This document shows, in pieces, positions 58,069 through 64,000 of a stretch of DNA of 64,000 nucleotides; position 1 is the first letter of the stretch; each line of letters opens with the position of its first letter. A program made the position numbers and the translations under genes. The notes beneath the pieces were generated by a model that did no database searches, was not told the origin of the DNA, and worked only from the letters and a program-made list of their open reading frames with translations. The stretch is from Candidatus Thorarchaeota archaeon (GTDB lineage Archaea > Asgardarchaeota > Thorarchaeia > Thorarchaeales > Thorarchaeaceae): NCBI GenBank assembly GCA_020348985.1, contig CP070761.1, forward strand, positions 1,112,921 through 1,176,920, given 5' to 3'.

Positions 58069-58187
58069 ACGTCAACACCAGGTAACAGCTCTGGGCAAGA
58101 GGCCCTCACGTCTGCTTAAGTGGATTGCCATAATCCTAGAGATGTTCCGTCTGAGTAGGAGAATCCTTGACGTAGGGATATAGGGCA

Positions 58188-59465
58188 CTACTCTGTCCTC
58201 CGGACATAGATGATTGCAACAGCAATCACTGCCAAGAATGTGACAGCAACTGGTATGAAGAGAGAGGGAGGCGGCGTTGGGAGAGGTGATGACATGAAAT
58301 ACGTATTCATGGCAGTGAAGATATCTGTATTATCGACCGTTTCAACGCTTTCATTGAAGACATCACCTTTCCAGTAGAGAGGAACGTCTGTTGCAGTGTG
58401 GTAAGTAGTGCCCCATTCGACAGTTATGTTGTTGGCGCGCTCGATTCTGAGCTGTCGATTGGCAGACTCTTCATTGGTATCGCTCGGCAAAGTGTCGCTG
58501 AGAGTGTGCCCAAGAATGGTCAGCCCCGCGGTTTCATGGTCAGCAGTGACGATCAAGACCGTGTTCGGATGGTCGCTGATGTATTCGAGAGCGGTTCCTA
58601 CTGCCTTGTCAAATGCAATAAGTTCCAGTGCAGTATCAACTCGATCATGATCATGGGCAGCATGGTCTATCTTCCCCCCCTCAACGATGAGAAAGAATCC
58701 TTCAGGGTCTTGTGAGAGAATCTCAATTGATTTTGCAGTCATTTCTGAGAGGGAGGGGCTCTCATCAAAGTCTCGACCTTGTTCGAAGGGCATATGGTCA
58801 TAGGAGAAGAGGCCCAAGACCTTTCCACTTGTTACGGCCAGTAATTCGTCTCTGTCTTGAACGAACGAGTACCCGTTGTCGACCATGGCATCGATTTCAC
58901 TGGTGTTGAAGTATCGACTGCCGCCCCCCAAAAGAACTTCTACTCCTGCTTCTTCGATAATCTGACGGGTTATCTCTTGGTAAGAATTCCGATTCGCAAC
59001 ATGTGTCATGAAAGCAGCTGGAGTACCATGTTGAATGGTTGTCCTCGTTACAACTCCGGTTGACTTTCCAAAGGTCTGAGCAACATCTACGATTGTCTCC
59101 AAGACTACACCGTTAGGATCAATCCCGACGAAGCTGTTGTTGATTTTCACACCAGTAGCTATTGCCGTTGCGGCGGCAGACGAATCCGTAACGTTCGAGT
59201 CAGCACTGCAGGTTGTGACATTCGCGCTGAAAGGAAGTTGTTCCATAATCAGACTATTGCTAGGTCCCACCTCGACCCATCGTCCTAGCTTAACATGCTC
59301 TGGCCCCATTCCGTCACCAATCATGAGAATTATGCTCAGGGGTTCATCATCTGACAAAACGCGTGCTTTAGATCCATCAAGTGTATCAGCGGTGGCAGGA
59401 GACATCCAGCAGGCCGAAAGCAGCATCAGAATAACAGTAGTGTGGAGCTTCAGTTTCGTTATCCT
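58188..59465 (-). CDS. phoA: Alkaline phosphatase (PhoA family), secreted with a C-terminal TM anchor
   Basis: The ORF has 'LMIGDGMGPEHV' and 'VTDSAAAATAIATGVK', the PhoA active-site serine context. A signal peptide follows the internal Met 'MRITKLKL...'. The C-terminus is 'PLPTPPPSLF' followed by a TM helix and 'YVRRTE'. Confidence 0.7.
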   Translation of the reverse strand, partial: RITKLKLHTTVILMLLSACWMSPATADTLDGSKARVLSDDEPLSIILMIGDGMGPEHVKLGRWVEVGPSNSLIMEQLPFSANVTTCSADSNVTDSSAAATAIATGVKINNSFVGIDPNGVVLETIVDVAQTFGKSTGVVTRTTIQHGTPAAFMTHVANRNSYQEITRQIIEEAGVEVLLGGGSRYFNTSEIDAMVDNGYSFVQDRDELLAVTSGKVLGLFSYDHMPFEQGRDFDESPSLSEMTAKSIEILSQDPEGFFLIVEGGKIDHAAHDHDRVDTALELIAFDKAVGTALEYISDHPNTVLIVTADHETAGLTILGHTLSDTLPSDTNEESANRQLRIERANNITVEWGTTYHTATDVPLYWKGDVFNESVETVDNTDIFTAMNTYFMSSPLPTPPPSLFIPVAVTFLAVIAVAIIYVRRTE

Positions 59466-59628
59466 CATTGCCAGACCGAAAGTCAACATGCTCCTAGCGA
59501 TATAAAGGCCGTTGAAGCAGCAAGAACCGATGAGCGAATCTGATTTCCTGGTCGCAATTGCTGTCATTTAGGCAGGCTAATATCAACACTACTCCACACC
59601 TGAAGAGGAGAAGTGAATCTGGAGGTGT

Positions 59629-60618
59629 TTGCTTTTGGAAGTAGAAGCAGCAATCATAAAGCTTCCAAAGAATGATACAGCAGTCTTGGATTGGGCACCC
59701 GACGGAAAGCAATTCGCAACTGGACATTCGAACGGTCAAGTCAAGCTATACGAGAACGAAGAACAGGTGGCTTTGTTAGAAGGCCACAAGAAAGCCGTAA
59801 CTTCCATAGCATGGAGCCCCGACGGTCGCGCTTTTGCCACTGCTGGCCACGACAACAGAGTTCTGCTCTGGCGTGACGGAACACTGTTAGCCGATCTGGG
59901 AGGTCACAAGCGGCCAGTCTACGAATTGGGATGGAGTTCAGACTCGGAGCTTCTGGCTTCTTGTTCAGGCGACGGCAATCTAATCATCTGGCACGAAGTT
60001 GAGAAGGCTGCGACTCTCATTGGTCATGAGAAAGCCGTGACAAGCCTTTCTTGGAGTCCGGACGGAGATTCCTTGGCTTCGGGTTCAGCAGATGCCACCG
60101 TACGTGTATGGGATCGTGATGGTAATCTGGTGTCTGTCTTGAAAGGCCACAATGACGCCATGGCAAGGGTTGCTTGGTCTCCTGATGGTGGTTCCAAGCT
60201 TCTGGCTTCAAGCTCCTATGACAATACCGCCAGACTTTGGAGAAACTCAGAGGAAGTTGCTGTAATGACTGGCCACAAAGATCGCGTATTCGGCTTGGGA
60301 TGGCGTCCGGATGGAGAAATCCTAGCGACCGGAGGCGGATTCAAAGATGCCATGGTAAAGCTGTGGAAAAGCGATGGTAACGAGATGGCAAACCTGACTG
60401 GTCATAGAAGCAGTGTCTATCAGATAAAGTGGCGACCAGACGGCTCAATGTTTGCATCTTCATCGTTCGACAAGAGTGTAAGATTGTGGAACTTGGAGAA
60501 AGAACTGGCAGTTCTGAAAGGGCACTCTGGGCCAGCCCTTGGAATCAAGTGGAGCCCCAATGGAAAGACTCTGGCGTCTACGGGAACTGGGACTATTGCC
60601 CTCTGGCATGTTCCCTAG
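59629..60618 (+). CDS. WD40-repeat protein (7-bladed beta-propeller)
   Basis: The ORF has seven 'GH(K/R)xxVxx(I/L)xWSPDG' repeats. The start is a TTG, with a GGAGG Shine-Dalgarno immediately upstream. Confidence 0.7.
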   Translation: MLLEVEAAIIKLPKNDTAVLDWAPDGKQFATGHSNGQVKLYENEEQVALLEGHKKAVTSIAWSPDGRAFATAGHDNRVLLWRDGTLLADLGGHKRPVYELGWSSDSELLASCSGDGNLIIWHEVEKAATLIGHEKAVTSLSWSPDGDSLASGSADATVRVWDRDGNLVSVLKGHNDAMARVAWSPDGGSKLLASSSYDNTARLWRNSEEVAVMTGHKDRVFGLGWRPDGEILATGGGFKDAMVKLWKSDGNEMANLTGHRSSVYQIKWRPDGSMFASSSFDKSVRLWNLEKELAVLKGHSGPALGIKWSPNGKTLASTGTGTIALWHVP

Positions 60619-60699
60619 ATTAGGCAAAGCAGAGCTAGCTAGAAAAAGTGTCTGACCAAGCGGGCACAACCCTACTTGGCCCGACAATTTGAATTGGGT

Positions 60700-61035
60700 C
60701 TACTCAGGGACCCACATTGGTGTTAGTCTTGTGGCCTCAGAAGAAACTCGAACCTCATTTAGCTTCTCGGTAAGGCGCTTGTAGCGCTCGTCGTTTCTGA
60801 GTCCTTCTACTTTCGCATTGTAGTCGGCCTCATCTTCATATCGGGTCATGTAGTAGGCTTGCGAACGATCCCCTTCTACCTCCCAGAAACCAAGAATGTC
60901 TACTTCGTGTTCTTTGTAAATCTCTTCAAACTGCTCACGAAGTTCATCTAGAATGCCCAATGCATCATCTCTTGCTCTAGTGTGATATAGCATGTAAAGA
61001 GCCATAGAAATCACGAATGAACTATAGTTAATCAC
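60700..61035 (-). CDS. NIPSNAP-like (dimeric alpha/beta-barrel) protein
   Basis: 'YMLYHTRARDDALGILDELREQFEEIYKEHEVDILGFWEVEG...YYMTRYEDEADY' matches the NIPSNAP pattern. Confidence 0.4.
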   Translation of the reverse strand: MINYSSFVISMALYMLYHTRARDDALGILDELREQFEEIYKEHEVDILGFWEVEGDRSQAYYMTRYEDEADYNAKVEGLRNDERYKRLTEKLNEVRVSSEATRLTPMWVPE

Positions 61036-61098
61036 CCACTAAAGAATCTTCCCATTCGAGACTACATTGGAAGATTTTGAGCGGACTAGTCGGAATCT

Positions 61099-61791
61099 CT
61101 ACTTCAGAGCCTTATGAATAGCAGCAACCCCTAGCATCAGGCGTCTGAATCCCACTTCTTTGAATCCTGCTTCCTTCAGTATTTGAGCTAGCTCATCGGC
61201 GGTATAGAATCGTCTGACTGTGCTTGAGAGGTATGCATAGCCCCGTTTTGATCCTGATATGAACTGGCCGAATCGTCTCGCTACATTGTCTACATAGAAG
61301 TGGAAGAATCTTTTCAGAAGTTTCGATTCCGGTTGGCTCGTTTCCAGATTGAGAAACATGCCGCCTGGTTTCAGCACTCTGTGAAATTCACCGAATGTCG
61401 CCGTAATCGCTTTTCGAGATAGGTTGATGTTTCGCGTTGCGAATGCAATTGTAACAAGGTCGAAGGAGTTGTCTTGAAAAGGTAGAACAGTCGCATTGGC
61501 GAGGCTAAAGGACACTAGTTTCGCATCGTGCTTGCTTGCTGCTGAATCAAGCATCGGGAGACAGAAATCCAGAGCGGCAACGTTTCTCTTTCCACCCCCA
61601 AACTTGTGCAGATATAGGGCCATTTCACCAGTTCCACTGCAGACATCGAGCCACTTGGCCCCACCATGGCTTGCCGCCTCGGCCGCTGCGATTCTTCGCC
61701 AGAGTATGTCTAGATAGAATGTCATCGCACGGTTTGCCGACTCGTAATTGGGTGATGCCTCCACGAATATCCTCTGAATACCAATTGCCAT
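61099..61791 (-). CDS. ubiE: UbiE/MenG-type (demethylmenaquinone / ubiquinone) C-methyltransferase
   Basis: The ORF has 'MTFYLDILWRR' and 'WLDVCSGTGEMALYL' (SAM motif I), with length and layout typical of UbiE/COQ5. Confidence 0.6.
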   Translation of the reverse strand: MAIGIQRIFVEASPNYESANRAMTFYLDILWRRIAAAEAASHGGAKWLDVCSGTGEMALYLHKFGGGKRNVAALDFCLPMLDSAASKHDAKLVSFSLANATVLPFQDNSFDLVTIAFATRNINLSRKAITATFGEFHRVLKPGGMFLNLETSQPESKLLKRFFHFYVDNVARRFGQFISGSKRGYAYLSSTVRRFYTADELAQILKEAGFKEVGFRRLMLGVAAIHKALK

Positions 61792-61898
61792 CGACCGCGC
61801 TCCTGTAATAAGTCAGCACTGCTAGGTTTGCCGTGAAAGGGGAAATTAGCCCTTCCGATATTTTTCGAATGTTCTCTTGCAAGTATTACCACAATGGA

Positions 61899-62888
61899 TC
61901 AACGGCGTCTTACTATGACTGCAACGACTAACACGATTCCTACTGACACTACAGCTACAGTAACGCCTGGGTCTGGAATCGACAATTCAGTGTTATTGTC
62001 AACTGTACCACCATCCGTGGGACTAGTGGGTATTGAAATGGTGGTGGTGGTGGTTGTTGTAGGGACAATGAGAGATTCGTCAACCAACCATCTGGATACC
62101 CTAAGCATAAGATCCCATTCGCTGTCCGGATCATCTAGTTCGTCCCAATTGTCGGTGCCATCACGGGCGTCACCTTCCTCGTACTCCGGATGTGGACTAG
62201 ACAAGAAGACAGTCCCGTACTCATACTTGAACGCAATCATGGCAGGTAGACCGTTTCGTGGATATGACATGACAGTGATTATCTCAGACATGTCATCGGA
62301 ATCGAAGTAGGCTGAATTCCAGAACATAGTTGTGTAATTCGCAGGGAGGTCGGAAAGTTCAGGCCCGGTTGAGTTGTGATTGACTGTCATCTCGGTTAGG
62401 TAAGTCCCTATGCTATAGCCAGGATTTTCCGACACATAGGATCCATTGAACAGACCGATTCGGCCCCTTGTGCCTAGTAGCGACCCGCCACATATTCCGA
62501 AATACGAGCCACCGTTAGCCACAAACTGACGAATTGCTTCCATTCCCTCGACCCCAAGATATATCGCATAGGACCCAGTGGAACCACCTGGTACTGCTAG
62601 TATGTCATACTCGTCAAGAATCCCATTCTTTATCTCAGTTGAGTTGACATAGCTCACATTTGCATTCATCCAGCCAAACATGGCATTGAGTGCAGCTGTG
62701 CTGTCTTCAAGGGTGCCTCGATCGCTGTATACTGCAACCTTAACATCCATGAGATCTGCAGAAGTATATGACTGAGCCATCGAGTCTTGAATACCGATTG
62801 GACTAAGGACGGTCACTAGAAGAATAGTCAACAGTAGCAAAGGGTCTCTTCGCACATTCAGCTTCGGCCAAGGGAAACTCATCGTCAA
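61899..62888 (-). CDS. Secreted class-I glutamine-amidotransferase-like protein with a Thr-rich linker and C-terminal TM anchor
   Basis: The protein has a signal peptide. 'ILAVPGGSTGS...FVANGGSYFGICGGSLLG' includes a GxCxG nucleophile elbow. The C-terminus is 'VPTTTTTTTISIPTSPTDGG' followed by a TM helix and 'RRR'. Confidence 0.45.
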   Translation of the reverse strand: MTMSFPWPKLNVRRDPLLLLTILLVTVLSPIGIQDSMAQSYTSADLMDVKVAVYSDRGTLEDSTAALNAMFGWMNANVSYVNSTEIKNGILDEYDILAVPGGSTGSYAIYLGVEGMEAIRQFVANGGSYFGICGGSLLGTRGRIGLFNGSYVSENPGYSIGTYLTEMTVNHNSTGPELSDLPANYTTMFWNSAYFDSDDMSEIITVMSYPRNGLPAMIAFKYEYGTVFLSSPHPEYEEGDARDGTDNWDELDDPDSEWDLMLRVSRWLVDESLIVPTTTTTTTISIPTSPTDGGTVDNNTELSIPDPGVTVAVVSVGIVLVVAVIVRRR

Positions 62889-63343
62889 CGCCTCATATTG
62901 GTTCCGAGAGTAGCAGTGACGTGCTATAATAGACTGAGTTTCAGCGCAAACTCTTCACTGCAAGTGGAACTTGTTCTGAAAAGGAGCCTTTGACTCCATT
63001 TGCGCCTGTTTCTAAAACATTATACATTTTCGTTCAGCCTATACGTCGGGGATTGTCATGCTGATGATCTATCTCACAGTTGTAGTGGCTGTATTCGCCC
63101 TTGCATCTTACTTCTATGGCTTCGTTGCTGAACGGAGACATGGAAACTGGATTGCAAGGAACAGTACGGGAAGGGGGTCAATCCCGCACCAGGACGACCC
63201 TTGGTCGCTCATCCTCTTCGATTGTGATTTCGGAGCATCTGCTCAGACTAGCGGCCCTGCAAGGACATTGAAGATCTCAGGACTGGACAAGGCCCAGCAT
63301 TGAGATTACAGTAGCGGGGACTTGGAACACGTGTTCCAAATGC

Positions 63344-64000
63344 CTAGGCGTCAGCCATTATTTCGATTTGATTTATTGTGTCACTGAGTCCCTCTCTATA
63401 GCTTGGGTACTTCAGTTGCCAGCCAAGTTCGCGCTTAGCCTTCTCGTTCGAAACGACACAGTCCATTTTCATCGTTTCCATCAGTTCTTTTCCAATGACA
63501 AGCCTACCAATGAAGCCAGGAATTGTACGAACCTTGGATATTCCCATGCACTCAGCCATGAATTCAGAGAACTCTCTCATAGTGCAAGGTGTGTCGTCAG
63601 CAAGAATGTAGGATTCTCCCAGAGGCATCTTGTCTATCGCCAACGCATACGCCTCGGCACAGTCTTCTACGTGGACTCGGGGAATTCTATTGGCTCCTTC
63701 TCCAAACACACCGAACCTGCCTGACTTCATCATCCGGTACATTTGCATGAATTGACCGCCCGGCCCATAGATCTGACCTGGAATCATTCTTATGAGAGGC
63801 GGACTGCCTTTCTCAATAGCCTTCGCTATCAGACGGTCTACGCCTACCCCAACCTTAGTCAAGCCAAACCTCTCTATAGGCCAGCTTTCATCAGCTACTT
63901 CTCCTGGTCCTGTGCGGTAACTGGTTCCTAAGGTAATGATTACTGGGCATGACAACTCTTCTCCGACAGCTAGAGATGTAGAGATGAACTGAGTTGTCCG
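63344..64000 (-). CDS. NAD-dependent epimerase/dehydratase-family protein, C-terminal part (5' end lies beyond the window)
   Basis: The C-terminal half of the extended-SDR fold is present. The reading frame stays open to the window edge, and the track 'M' at 63955 is a TTG. Confidence 0.5.
   Translation of the reverse strand, partial: RTTQFISTSLAVGEELSCPVIITLGTSYRTGPGEVADESWPIERFGLTKVGVGVDRLIAKAIEKGSPPLIRMIPGQIYGPGGQFMQMYRMMKSGRFGVFGEGANRIPRVHVEDCAEAYALAIDKMPLGESYILADDTPCTMREFSEFMAECMGISKVRTIPGFIGRLVIGKELMETMKMDCVVSNEKAKRELGWQLKYPSYREGLSDTINQIEIMADA

Overview
This 64-kb window is a gene-dense prokaryotic chromosomal segment of about 48% GC, with about 60 CDS on both strands. No rRNA genes, convincing tRNAs, CRISPR arrays or transposases were found by manual reading. 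The taxonomic signals conflict. Several features look archaeal: A/T-rich TATA-like promoters, many secreted enzymes ending in a Thr-rich linker plus a single TM helix and a basic tail, and 'eukaryote-like' WD40, LRR and NYN proteins. Against that, the alanyl-tRNA synthetase has a bacterial-type N-terminus and is unusually short. I leave the taxon open.

Ordinary content includes:
- an amidohydrolase, an enolase-superfamily enzyme, a FAD-linked oxidase and a metallophosphoesterase
- two tandem ArsB/NhaD-type permeases
- a PhoU-like (DUF47) / PiT phosphate transporter pair
- an acyl-CoA dehydrogenase / ferredoxin / nitroreductase operon
- a giant FtsX-type permease, an RdhA-like Fe-S protein, SDR and SAM-methyltransferase genes
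- an MFS transporter, an alkaline phosphatase and a UbiE-type methyltransferase

The loci most worth a second look are:
1. 51.9-56.5 kb: seven small, mutually similar hydrophobic peptides (31-89 aa) interleaved with two tandem bPH_2 (YdbT-like) membrane proteins and an MFS transporter. Most of the peptides are below the 60-aa ORF cut-off.
2. 45.7-51.8 kb: an ABC-2 exporter operon in which two large paralogous permeases flank a secreted, C-terminally anchored C39/papain-like cysteine peptidase.
3. 26.6-34.1 kb: a near-complete reductive pyrimidine catabolism cluster. It has a cytosine-type deaminase, a DPD PreA-like subunit with no PreT partner, a dihydropyrimidinase, a beta-ureidopropionase, an omega-aminotransferase and a CoA-acylating semialdehyde dehydrogenase.
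4. 7.9-8.17 kb: a candidate RNase P-like structured RNA in a 490-bp gap.
5. 16.99-17.49 kb: a zinc-finger + NYN ribonuclease.
6. 18.0-19.8 kb: a 590-aa C-Ala-less AlaRS.
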